Shown here piece after piece: positions 10,601 to 21,321 of a DNA stretch of 64,000 bases (position 1 is its first letter; each line of letters begins with the position of its first letter). Position numbers and translations under genes: made by a program. The notes beneath the pieces were generated by a model. It searched no databases, was not told the DNA's origin, and saw nothing but the letters and a program-made list of their open reading frames with translations. The DNA is from Octopus sinensis (lineage: Eukaryota): contig NC_043024.1 of assembly GCF_006345805.1 (NCBI RefSeq), positions 8,990,001-9,054,000 on the forward strand, read 5' to 3'.

Positions 10601-13059
10601 ATGAAAAATTAGTAAGGATTGATTGTCTGGTTATTACTGAAAATAACCTGATAGCAGTGTATGACAGTGAAAATAGAAACATTAAGATATTGACATTTGA
10701 CGGTCAACTTCTGGACTTTATCAAATTGGAGATTAGTACCAAGTTTAAGTCCAATATAAATATGTGTCGATGGCAGTCAAACACACTGATTATTACGACT
10801 GGTGATAATGATAATAAATACCAACTGTTGACATTAAAAGTGGAATTTCCATTGTCATTGACAATTTACCAAACTGAAAATGAATATGAATTTATCGCTT
10901 CTTTGTCAAACAATCAACTGGCGTGTCATAGACGGGGAGAAGCAGGTACTTTGTATGTCATTGAAATTGATGAAGAATTTTTGACTGTGAATAGAATAAA
11001 AAAATTGGATGCAGGTGGGATAATAATAACGAGCGGCATAGATAACGTCCATGATATTATAACTGATGCTAATGATGTCATCATTGTCAACAATAAAAGG
11101 TACTTTGTTTTCTTCAACACTGATGGTGAACATCTACATTCAGTTAGACACTATATGGATTATTCCAGTATTTCTAACACCATGACAACTGATAACTGTT
11201 ATTTGTATGTCCATGGTCGGTGGGAAAGATATTTTGGTGACAACAAATATAATAACATTTTGTGTTTCACACAAACTGGTGAATACAGCAGAAGATTTTT
11301 GAATGACAGAATTTATAAAGATGAAGTAAATTTCAGTAGCATAAACTGTAAAGGACCAAGGTTTGTTGGAAGCTGTTCGAACATAAATAAATTGTATGTT
11401 GAAGGTTTGTTTCAAGTTAAGCGAGAAATCTTCCCTGTTTCTCGTTTGCTAACAGACAAATGTCCTATTCAAGTAAAAGACATTGATATCTCTGATGAAG
11501 GAAAAACGATCGTGTGTGAGAAAGCCAATAATGGAATTGTTAAAATATTTGATAGAGATGGGCAGATGCTTTGTCACAAAGATGTTAGAAGTTTAGTTGG
11601 TGGTGTGTGTTTTACAGGAGAAAGTGACATAATGGTTACAATTCCTAAACGACAAGAAATATTTCAACTGAAGCAACAAGATCTGGAGAAATATAAAGTT
11701 TGGCAAAGTCACGTACCTTATGGTGTAATATGGAGAGCAGTGGCAAATATTTATTGGTGCGTACATATTAACTTGATTGAATATCATCGCATAAAGATTG
11801 ATGGTGACCAACTGAAGGTTCTGGAATCTTTGTCATTATTAAATCTTGATTCTGGTCTTCATTTCCCTTTCATTACATCTCAGATGAACAAAAAAATATT
11901 CAGTCATGAGTTGATTAATAATCTGGAACAGAGTCGGGGAGATGGAGAAGGAAGAAAAGGTAAATCAAATGAAATAGTTAGTAAAGGTAGATTAAAGGTG
12001 CGATGTGGTAATTACATAGCGGAGAGTATGTCAGGAATTGAGGAAGTATCAGTGAAGAAACTGCCATATAGAACAGCAATGGTTCCTCTTTCCATTCCTA
12101 CGGTGGAAGAACCTGTTGATTATCATTACAAATATGACAGTAACGATAGTAAATTAATTAAGTTGTACGACAATTTCAGTGTGTTCATGTTTAGAGACAC
12201 AGTTACATTAATCTGCACAACAACAGGTGACATACTTCAGCAAAAACAACTGCCACAACAACCATCGAAACAACCACCATCACTAGATATATGTCGGTGG
12301 ACAGGTGAACGTTTCATAGTCGTCTGTCGTAAACGACTGATGGTCTTCAACAGGGATCTCTACCGTTTAAAAACCATCAACACTGAGAAATACTACAACA
12401 GGATTTGTAAATACAATGACAATCAACTGGTGTGTGGTGGTATTTCTTTTAGCAGGGAAAGTTACCGTGTCTATGTAGATGTACTTGATATTGATATTGA
12501 TAATGGGACGTGTGAACGTAAGAATGAAATGTATAGTGAGGTGGTGAAGATGCGGGAGTGGGAGGACGTGGGTGTGTGGATGCGGATGCTGATGAGGAAG
12601 GAGGTAGGATTGGGTGTGTTGGATATAGCAGTGACATCTAGTGGTGATGTTGTTGTTGTGAAGTGGAAGAATGATAGTCAGGATGTCGTTGTCTTGTGGT
12701 ACAGGGAAAAATCGTTAGTCAATAGTATATGCCTGCCAAAATGTACAAATTACCTGAATTTTAAACACAGACCCTGTCTAACCACACTTGGTGACTATGT
12801 TTATGTAACAGACAGGCTTAACAATATTTATCAAATACCTGGAGATATTCCACACCAAACATCAGAAGATATTCATAAATACTTATTACTCAGGACGATG
12901 ATAACGAAGTCTTCCAAGTGCTTGGTTTTGATATTTCAGACAATTCTTTCATGGTTTTTGGAATTATTGCAGGACGCCAGTCTTTTGCTTTCTTTCATTA
13001 TGAAAGATAAACGTTCTCATAAATATTGGGTTGTCCAGAAAATTTGTGCTGATTTATAG
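7681..13059 (+). CDS. Large single-exon protein with ~6 tandem NHL/TolB-like beta-propeller units; left-arm copy with a 1-bp frameshift near the C-terminus
   Basis: Uninterrupted 1792-codon ORF in AT-rich DNA. Recurrent blade motifs (DICRW-like) at aa ~236, 489, 754, 1027, 1308 and 1536. Compared with the other copy, one G is missing at 12893-12894 (CAGGAC vs CAGGGAC), so the homologous stop TAA at 13008-13010 is out of frame and the ORF runs into the mariner TIR. The coding call is strong; the fold call is motif-based inference. Confidence 0.9.
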   Translation: MDDPKGNTPRTSTTQKSVSRDPATKSDERVEKKKRRNERDEGSGSSDEGHDSTSRSVTRFKAYKGKGSRKETEVIQQQKAVLHRFESQYRYCEAFMQDIFKESYHFECLGLSANSILQNIKEKVRILLKYMKNHNISIEQDLELFQKKLYDIFVNSNPYKYKTIGVPKIDKFRSVCPVGTREAKIEESGEDVCNIISKIIVLQDAVVTYSELCKTICCATSDKGRNEVHCPSSVTDFTRIGQKSVLATLPFRQMILIINPSSLKLKTLSLGFYMVSYLQHSTFIGVEMFGKTIYLVDWDDNEIIEQFVTKELPADIAVGSQNNLLISFTNINRVICYNLNGQQLFEVEVHSLDLPTNIAVYQNHFYVLQGHIIYRISATGAVSKREIGRRCRYISVGKDTIFLIDYLCFPHTIKTNKDFWSRLSYSHQLHSHSLNNYIYTEDCNNITNILPMTTSSILIIYKNKKAIFFTDIGGKISQNNLTFDFPPSIFCKLNSNSFLVFHREMKRLQYITCPELNKGPLIKVHADYIKICHMVSNRCLALTTSDNKQEIHILLIKEDKVDIIERISLEHDNVTIAATPINFVVLDRRKNKLVFYSASSEKLFEKYLQFYGYPHHIQSDNIYFYVFFKKESVVICYNIHGEIKWQWKLPFPVHPHIAIFQGTVYVPDIEHNRVLLYEYYDQSSCRLHVKTPYIRNLNIRLKEKENDKKTLIVEICHLVNGQLVVSDINSDCLLYISNEGEIVSRLSLPSTATDICRWDCNQIGVTLPLEKQLQVIGNLSKTVRTISLSHAYVKVCKLGKGHIVCYSDKPSQLDILAIKNYNQVEMIRRINIPFVVKSLEIENETLNLLIVTRNKVFQYNTSIDSVGHSCRNSIKMIPRDFLSGVKHSLNFSGGCIDKMFVYLIGNNRVLAINDHNLVGRDHIMNNQLILYIDLLDVFSRNICVGEMWSSTLYVQDMTVSDKARHVIVPPGFGDEKLVRIDCLVITENNLIAVYDSENRNIKILTFDGQLLDFIKLEISTKFKSNINMCRWQSNTLIITTGDNDNKYQLLTLKVEFPLSLTIYQTENEYEFIASLSNNQLACHRRGEAGTLYVIEIDEEFLTVNRIKKLDAGGIIITSGIDNVHDIITDANDVIIVNNKRYFVFFNTDGEHLHSVRHYMDYSSISNTMTTDNCYLYVHGRWERYFGDNKYNNILCFTQTGEYSRRFLNDRIYKDEVNFSSINCKGPRFVGSCSNINKLYVEGLFQVKREIFPVSRLLTDKCPIQVKDIDISDEGKTIVCEKANNGIVKIFDRDGQMLCHKDVRSLVGGVCFTGESDIMVTIPKRQEIFQLKQQDLEKYKVWQSHVPYGVIWRAVANIYWCVHINLIEYHRIKIDGDQLKVLESLSLLNLDSGLHFPFITSQMNKKIFSHELINNLEQSRGDGEGRKGKSNEIVSKGRLKVRCGNYIAESMSGIEEVSVKKLPYRTAMVPLSIPTVEEPVDYHYKYDSNDSKLIKLYDNFSVFMFRDTVTLICTTTGDILQQKQLPQQPSKQPPSLDICRWTGERFIVVCRKRLMVFNRDLYRLKTINTEKYYNRICKYNDNQLVCGGISFSRESYRVYVDVLDIDIDNGTCERKNEMYSEVVKMREWEDVGVWMRMLMRKEVGLGVLDIAVTSSGDVVVVKWKNDSQDVVVLWYREKSLVNSICLPKCTNYLNFKHRPCLTTLGDYVYVTDRLNNIYQIPGDIPHQTSEDIHKYLLLRTMITKSSKCLVLIFQTILSWFLELLQDASLLLSFIMKDKRSHKYWVVQKICADL

Positions 13060-13886
13060 TAGCTTACCTTTCGACTTATTTTAGAACATGGCCTTCGTAT
13101 AAAGCACCATCCGATTGTGGCCGTTGCCAGCCTCGTCTGGCCCCGTGCCTGTGGCACGTAAAATGCACCATCCAATCGTGGCTTTTTGCCAACCTCGTCT
13201 GGCACCTGTGCAGGTGGCACGTAAAAAACACCTACTACACTCCTGGAGTGGTTGGCGTTAGGAAGGGCATCCAGCCGTAGAAACATTGCCAGATTAGACT
13301 GGGCCTGGCGCAGCCTTCTGGCTTCCCTGACCCCAATTGAACCGTCCAACCCTTGCTAGCATGGAAAACGGACGTTGAACGATGATGATGATGATGTTGA
13401 GTCCATAAAATAGGGTTTGACTAAACCTCCATTTAGAGCACAGTTTAAGCTATCTTTTCGTGGAAGAAGATTTATGTTCCTATAACCTGTGTTAATTCTG
13501 TAACCCTTTAAAATGGACGATAAGAAAGTTCATTTTCGGCACTTGATGCTTTGGGAACCAGACAAAAATTGCTGCAGCTTGGCTGGGATGTGTTACCCCC
13601 ACCCTCCATATTCACCAGATATTGCTCCTTCGGATTTCCACTTATTTAGGTCTCTGCAGAATAGTCTTAATGGTAAAAATTTCAATTCCTTGGATGACAT
13701 AAAAAGATACCTTGATGAATTCTTTGCCATGCAACCCCCTCAATTCTGGGAAGAGGGTATTTTAAGGAAAGACGGAGACACATTGTGCAGCAAAATGGTT
13801 CACATGTGGTTAATTAAAGATGTAATGGCAAATATTTATTGATCTTTTTCCTTGAAAAATCGGCATGAACTTTCTGGACAGCCCAA
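13026..13886 (+). mobile_element. Second internally deleted mariner of the same subfamily, with a nested RTE 3'-tail insertion
   Basis: TA-TTGGGTTGTCCAGAAAATTTGTGCTGATTT ... CGGCATGAACTTTCTGGACAGCCCAA-TA. Same internal deletion junction (TGCTTTGGGAACCAGAC) and HPPYSPDIAPSDF motif as 7067-7631. Confidence 0.93.
13092..13396 (+). mobile_element. 5'-truncated RTE-LINE 3' UTR (or RTE-tailed SINE) inserted in the mariner
   Basis: Interrupts the mariner sequence CATGG|TTGAGTCC. Ends in CCATGCTAGCATGGAAAACGGACGTT-like sequence plus a (GAT)n tail, matching the 3' end of the LINEs at 47846 and 55072. Confidence 0.85.
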
Positions 13887-14550
13887 TATTAAGGTCTGTT
13901 GTTGCTATTGTTACTGGCTTCACTTAGGAATTGAACCTGCTTCACTTACTTTGTATTCTATACACTAACAATTATTGTTGTAACATTCTTCAATGCACTC
14001 TACGAGTTTGTGAGTTAATGAAGTTACATAGTAGCTACATCTGCTAAAAATAGCAGTCAAATCTTATTAAAATATATTTATTTAAATTATTTATATATAT
14101 GATGTAATGATACTTAAAAATGTGAATATCTTATATAAATAAGTGCTAACGATGTATTAAGTTAATTATTGAAAAATAAATTGTTTTGATAAAGAGAAAA
14201 CTTGTATTCAATTTTTACATACCTTACATACATTTCATCCCTGTCTCCCTCTCAAACACACAATCTCAGCAACGACCTTTTCCAACTAACACTTTATCCT
14301 GAAGAAGGCGTCTTCACCCCAGGAATATTGAAAAACAAGATAAACACCTGTGTTCTGTTTCCTTTCTTTTTGCAGTTTACATTGTAACTTTTTGCCTTCT
14401 TCCAGCCTTACACAACGACCTTCTTTAAAATACATTTGTGTGTGAATGTGTACACCCTTCTCATTTTCCCTATTTGTCTCTGATGATGGAATATCCCATA
14501 CTCTGGGATTTATCAGAAACAGCTGTAAGACTTTGAATATTTTTTTTCTA

Positions 14551-14715
14551 TGGCTGTGTGGTAAGTAGCTTGCTAACCAACCACATGGTTCCGGGTTCAG
14601 TCCCACTGCATGGCATCTTGGGCAAGTGTCTTCTGCTATAGCCCCAGGCCGACCAAAGCCTTGTGAGTGGATTTGGTAGATGGAAACTGAAAGAAGCCTG
14701 TCATATATATGTATG

Positions 14716-14756
<41 letters not shown>

Positions 14757-14971
14757 ATGTGTTTGTTTGTCTGTGTCTGTCCCCCTAGCATTTCTTGACA
14801 ACCGATGCTGGTGTGTTTACGTCCCTGTCACTTAGCGGTTCAGCAAAAGAGACCGACAGAATAAGTACTGGGCTTACAAAGAATAAGCCCTGGGGTCGAT
14901 TTGCTCGACGAAAGGCGGTTGCTCCAGCATGGCCACAGTCAAAGGACTGAAACAAGTAAAAGAGTAAAGAG
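14551..14971 (+). mobile_element. SINE family 1; mirror copy 30690-31151 on -
   Basis: Same head, core and tail. Confidence 0.85.
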
Positions 14972-15534
14972 TAATGACATGCATGACTTGAGATATTTGC
15001 CTTGCCTTAATGCTTGCTGTTCTCTTTAACCATTAAATACCCGCTATATCAGAAATCTTCAACGGCTCCATAAGTACCGTGTCGGCTGTAACCTTATCGC
15101 CCTAGCAATCCGTTAAAGCACTTACCTACCGTGCCTAATCATTTAGATCACCTGTGAAATAAACCCCCATATTTTGTGTGTATATATGTATATATGTATA
15201 TATATAACCTTGGAGTCCCAGTAATCCATTACAGTACTTAAATAGTATAATTAATCGTTTATATCACCTGTGAACTAAACCCCTATATTTAGTGTATATA
15301 TACACACACATACATACATATATATACACACATACATACATATATACACATACATATATATATATATACACATACATATATACACATACGTACATATATA
15401 TGTATACACATATACATGTACATACATATATATGTATACACATATACATATACATACATACATATATATATACATACGCATACATATATATACGTATATA
15501 TATATATATATATACAATACACATACATACGTAC

Positions 15535-15564
<30 letters not shown>

Positions 15565-15565
<1 letters not shown>

Positions 15566-15735
15566 CCGGAGTATACACATAAATGTGTAACAAGGTGGAA
15601 AAAAGAGTACTCAAATACCAGTGGTAGACTAATATGCTTTATTTAAAGTTTTTGCTAGCAAAAACTGTCCGATGAACGGCAACGGGAAACTCAGAGTAAC
15701 AGGTTTTGTTGAATTTTCTGCTGCTATAAATAAAG

Positions 15736-15737
<2 letters not shown>
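15565..15737 (+). mobile_element. Penelope-like pseudo-LTR fragment with an inverted junction and a hammerhead-like motif
   Basis: Inverted arrangement around the palindrome GTTTTTGCTAGCAAAAAC, opposing AATAAAG/CTTTATT signals, and a degenerate hammerhead core at 15661-15709. The family call is inferred from this architecture. Confidence 0.5.
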
Positions 15738-15767
<30 letters not shown>

Positions 15768-15933
15768 GATAGATAGATAGATAGATATAACTGAGCAGTT
15801 TGGCAAAAGACACCAATAAAATAAGTACTAGAGCTTTAAGGGTGGCTCCAGCATGGCTGCATTAAAATGACTGAACCCCCATCCCATGCCAACATGCAAA
15901 ACAGACGTTAAAGGATGATGAGGGCATATATAT

Positions 15934-15979
<46 letters not shown>

Positions 15980-15980
<1 letters not shown>

Positions 15981-16365
15981 GAGCAAAACGCCCTCCCCCC
16001 GTCCAATAGACTGTGCTGAGTTGTCAAAAATTTAAACCAAATTTTCTCAAAACAACTTGTCTGACTGTCCTATAGACCTCCCCTTTGAGAAACACTGATT
16101 TAACCTAAATTTGAGACACCAGCAAAAGAAGAAATAAAGGTAGACTTTTTTTCTATTCCAAGAAAAACGACTCTACAAATGCACGTTCCCACGGCTTTAT
16201 CGATCGCATTCTCACCTGGAATCGATTTTTGTAATTTTTTCAAGACTTATACACGCCCTGATACCGTCGGTATCTACATATCAAATTTGAACGCAATCGG
16301 ATGGAGGATGCCTGAGATCCAAGAAGTCACACAGACAGACAGAACAGATTTTATATAAAAGATAT
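15980..16365 (-). mobile_element. Helitron/DINE-like non-autonomous element shared by both arms (mirror ~27835-28200)
   Basis: 5' TTTTATATAAAATCTGTTCTGTCTGTCTGTG pattern resembles the other rolling-circle-like elements here; the 3' end is not clearly defined. Confidence 0.5.
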
Positions 16366-16461
16366 ATATATATTTATTATTTGATGGAATAAAATCCAAA
16401 CTTACAAGGAAATAGAATTCAATTAAGAAATACTAAATCAAATTCCACAATATAATATATA

Positions 16462-16760
16462 TAAAATATTAGAAAAAAACCACCTTTTATCAATTCAAAA
16501 TGAATAATTAAATTACACCATCTAGAAAATTACATATAATAGAAAAGTTAAAGATTAAGTAAATTACAAAATAATATAATATATATAATAGGTATTATAT
16601 ATAATACCTATTATGTACATTATATTATTTTTGTAATTTACTTAATCTTTACTTTTTTATTGTTATTTTAATTTTAACTTTTCTTTTATATGTAACTTTC
16701 TAGATGGTGTAATTTAATTGTTCATTTTGAAAGGATAAAAAGTGTTTATTCTTCCAATAT
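16462..16760. repeat. ~300-bp AT-rich fold-back (hairpin) element; mirror copy ~27432-27733
   Basis: Arms of ~150 bp centred on ATAATAGGTATTATATATAATACCTATTAT (centre ~16600); CACCATCTAGAAAATTAC pairs with GTAACTTTCTAGATGGTG. Confidence 0.85.
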
Positions 16761-17004
16761 TATATATATATATGTATATATTTCTTGTTTTTTGTTTTTT
16801 GTTTTTTTCCGCTTCTACGTCTTATTGTGATGTCCTGTACTCACGTATAATTATTTATATATGCATGTATATATACATGTAGATGTAGGTACGTACATAT
16901 ATGTTTGTATGTATGCATATATTTTTATTTATCACCTTATTGTCTGACAGCGCCCCGCATCAGGTTCGTTCCGATTCGTCGTTTCGGTCCAATTCTTGGT
17001 TCCT

Positions 17005-17009
17005 TTTTT

Positions 17010-17069
<60 letters not shown>

Positions 17070-17092
17070 GTATATATTATTATGTATATATA

Positions 17093-17146
<54 letters not shown>

Positions 17147-17247
17147 TATATATATATATGTATGTTATAGATATATATGTATGTATATATATATATATAT
17201 GTATGTAATATATATATATGTATGTATATATATATATATATGTAATG

Positions 17248-17290
<43 letters not shown>

Positions 17291-17450
17291 ATGTTATATA
17301 TATGTATATATATATGTATATTATATGTATATATCTATTTATATATATATATATATATATGTATATTGTATATATATATATATATATGTATATGTATATG
17401 TATATATATGTATATTATATATATATGTATATATATATATTATATAATAT

Positions 17451-17481
<31 letters not shown>

Positions 17482-17739
17482 TATATATATATATATATGT
17501 ATATATAATATGTATATATATATATGTATTAGATATATAGTATTATTATATAGATATTGTATATATATATGTATATATATATGTATATATATATATATAT
17601 GTATGTATATATATATATATGTATATAATATATATATGTATATATAATATATGTATATATATATAGGTATATATATATTATATTATGTATATATATATAT
17701 ATGTATATATATATATTATGTATATATTATATATATATG

Positions 17740-17776
<37 letters not shown>

Positions 17777-17819
17777 GTAATATATATTATATATATATGT
17801 ATATATATATATATATATG

Positions 17820-17870
<51 letters not shown>

Positions 17871-17876
17871 TGTATG

Positions 17877-17921
<45 letters not shown>

Positions 17922-17930
17922 GTATATATG

Positions 17931-17963
<33 letters not shown>

Positions 17964-18070
17964 GTATATATATCTATATATATGTATATATATATATATT
18001 ATATATATATATATATGTATATATATATGTATATGTATATGTATATATATATATATATGTATATATATAA

Positions 18071-18111
<41 letters not shown>

Positions 18112-18166
18112 AATATATATATATGTATATTATATTGTATATATATATATGTATATATTATATATG

Positions 18167-18231
<65 letters not shown>

Positions 18232-18240
18232 GTATATATA
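17005..18240. repeat. Degenerate (TA)n microsatellite
   Basis: Almost pure AT dinucleotide with G/T interruptions. Confidence 0.98.
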
Positions 18241-20530
18241 TTTTTTTTTTTTTTTTTGATTCCAGTTTCGCTCATTAGCTGTGCCATGCTGGGACACCGC
18301 CATTTGGTGTTGCTACTTGGTTTCACTTCATGGAGGCTTTCTAGCAACTGCTATTTGGTGCATGAGAGAGTTCGATGCAGCTGCCCTCATCTGCCCCTCC
18401 TGCCGTGAAGTTGGTTCATCTGGGACACCTGACAGGAAGAGATCCAGCTTCATTTTAAGACATCTGTATCCACCCCATGCAGGTCTCTCAGGTTCTTCGG
18501 GAGGATATTGAAGAGCTGTGGCCTCGGAAGCCCAGGCTATCACAGAATCTTGTCCTACATCTTGATGGCAGGTTTGGAGTCTAGGCACCACGCAGTGGCG
18601 CCCAGTTCTGGCATTTGCGTAACTCTCGATGCCAAAGTTCAGGACATCTCCTCCCTCCAGGATCTTCCAGATTATATTATGGCATATCTTTCCCGCCTAC
18701 GCTCCAGGGAATATAATTTAATCTCTTGAGTCTTTCCCAGTAGCTTACATCTGCATAGAGGCTATCTTCTTTGTGTAGCTTCGTTGGATCGCCTCAAGTT
18801 CTGTGATCAACTTGACACTGGATGGTGACCATAGCTGAGAGCAATAGTCAAAGTGGCTTAGGACAAGTGTCTTTCCAGAGGACCATCATGGTTTCTTGTT
18901 CTCTTGTTCTAAAGGTTCTAAGAATCCATCGCCAGCCGTCTACATTTCATTGTCAGTTAGCAACATGTATATGAAAGGTCGCGTCATCACTCATGTGAAT
19001 ACCCAGGTCACGCACTGATTGTGCCTCTGGGATTGCAATCCCTCCGGGTCCAGTGTATTCATTGGGTATTGCATCATTTTTGCATGCTGATAGTATAAAG
19101 CTTGAAACTTTCCAGCTTGAACTGCATGCTATTCTTTTCAGCCCACTTGTATATTTCGTCTAGCTCACATTGCAGGTGTTTAGTGTCCTCAGGGTTCTGT
19201 ATTGCCTGTGAAACTTTTGTATCATCTGCATAACTTGTGATCGTGGCTCTCTGCGTGGCTGAGGGCATGTCTGAGAGGGCCATTATGAACAGTAGTGGTC
19301 CCAGAACAGTGCCCTGCGGAACACCGCTCACTATTTGTGTGTTAATGGAGGTGGCCCCATTGGCTACTACCACCTGACTTCTATCCTTCAGAAAGTCATG
19401 AAGCCATTCTCCCAGTTTTCCAACTATGTTGAGATCACGCAGTTTGTGACATATCATTCCATGATCGACTTTATCAAAGGCCTTTGCAAAGTCGAGATAT
19501 ATCACTTCCACATTTGAGTGGTTGAGCAGCCGTTTCATGCACCCAGTCATAGTGTTGTAGGAGCTGAGTTAAACAGCTCTCCCCTGGTCGGAAACCATGT
19601 TGGGTGTCGGGCAGCAAGTCATTCTCTTCAAGGAAGGTGATCAGCTTCCTTCTGACTATTTCGTTCCATGACCTTGCTGATGTGTGAGGTCAGAGAGATA
19701 GGTCTATAGTTCTTGGCTTCCGCTCTGCTACCTCCTTTATGAATGGGGCATATTTTTACCTTCCTTCAGTTTTCTTGGAAGTTTGCCAGCTGCAAGGAAG
19801 CTCTGAAAGAGGAACTGCAGTGGTCTTGCTAGGACCTCTCTTACATGCTTTAGGAGGATTGCCGGGAATCCATCGGGGCCAGTAGCTGAGTCTGTTTTCA
19901 TTTCATCTATAGCCTTGGTACATCGTCTTCATTTATATCGATGTAATCTACGTCGCCGCCTCTGATTTTATATCTGCAGTGGTAAAAAAGTCAGTTGGAT
20001 TTGGTGATTTGGAGATGCCCAAGGGGTGGAGTAAAACACTCTTGAATTGCTCATTCAGTATTTCACTTACCCTCATTGATTTTCCTGTAAGTGTGCCATC
20101 CTTTTCGAGGAGTGGCCCTATTCTACAGTGCACTGTAGCTGTTTTCTTTTTCTTTGGCATACCTGTAGAAAGCTCTGGGGTTAGATTTTATGTTTCTATA
20201 GCCCAGGCTTCTTTGTCTGCTCTTTCTTTTTCATGGAGAGTTGCAGACATTTTTCGATTTCCAACAGTTTTATTTTAGGCGGGACTTTTCACTGCTTTCA
20301 ATCTGTTTGTTTAGGCGATTTGAAAATTTCGTACGCCGTCTCATTAAAATTTTCCTCTCTCTGGGATTTTGTTCTTGTGTACAGTGGCCTTTCTCTCTGG
20401 GACACATTTGGCATATGGCTTGCATTACAGACATGAATTGTTGAAGTTTCACGTCGATGTCTGGCGAGGAGAGACATTCAGGCCAGTTTTGTTTGAGGAT
20501 CTCTTTCTCAATTGTTTCCAATTTGTTTCC
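18241..20530 (-). mobile_element. 5'-truncated CR1/L2 (Jockey-group) LINE, left-arm-specific, degenerate
   Basis: RT motifs IYLDFAKAFDKVDH, GVPQGTVLGPLLF and YADDTK (ORF 19074-19550). C-terminus KLDLFLSGVPDEP...RAAASNSL. Poly(A) appears as a T-run at 18241-18258. Confidence 0.9.
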
Positions 20531-20577
20531 ATGTATATATATATATATGTATATATATAATATGTATATATATATAT

Positions 20578-20609
<32 letters not shown>

Positions 20610-20647
20610 TATGTAGATGTATATTATATATATATATATTATATATG

Positions 20648-20724
<77 letters not shown>

Positions 20725-20759
20725 ATATATATATATATAGTATGTTATATATATATATG

Positions 20760-20828
<69 letters not shown>

Positions 20829-20849
20829 GTATATATATATATATGTATC

Positions 20850-20883
<34 letters not shown>

Positions 20884-20924
20884 ATACATTATATAATATA
20901 TATATATATATGTATATATATATG

Positions 20925-20974
<50 letters not shown>

Positions 20975-20980
20975 GGTATA

Positions 20981-21033
<53 letters not shown>

Positions 21034-21289
21034 ATTAATTAATAAGGGTGAGAGAATTAGATACTAATTTAATAGTATATCTATTCTACACCAAGTGGCC
21101 TAGTGCTCCGAGAAACCTGGATTATTTAATCTGTAATTTTGTTATTTTTATTTGCCTGTCCGTGTGAGCTAACAATCGTACTGACTTTCATGGGAAGCAT
21201 GTATTTTTTGTGGTTAAACCTTTTGGATTAACTGGTGCTAGAGTGAGCCATATAGTGACCACTCTCTTATATTTTATATTATTTATATT

Positions 21290-21321
<32 letters not shown>

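Noticed and set aside
9436-12637. Antisense and overlapping short ORFs within the large gene (also 7649-7903 and mirrors)
   Set aside because: Shadow ORFs of the real reading frame with no recognisable motifs; used only as evidence of nucleotide identity between arms.
16930-17005. Third hammerhead-like motif on the minus strand (GGACCGAAACGACG)
   Set aside because: A stem II-like hairpin and GAAA are present, but the CUGANGA core is absent and the cleavage triplet is not intact.
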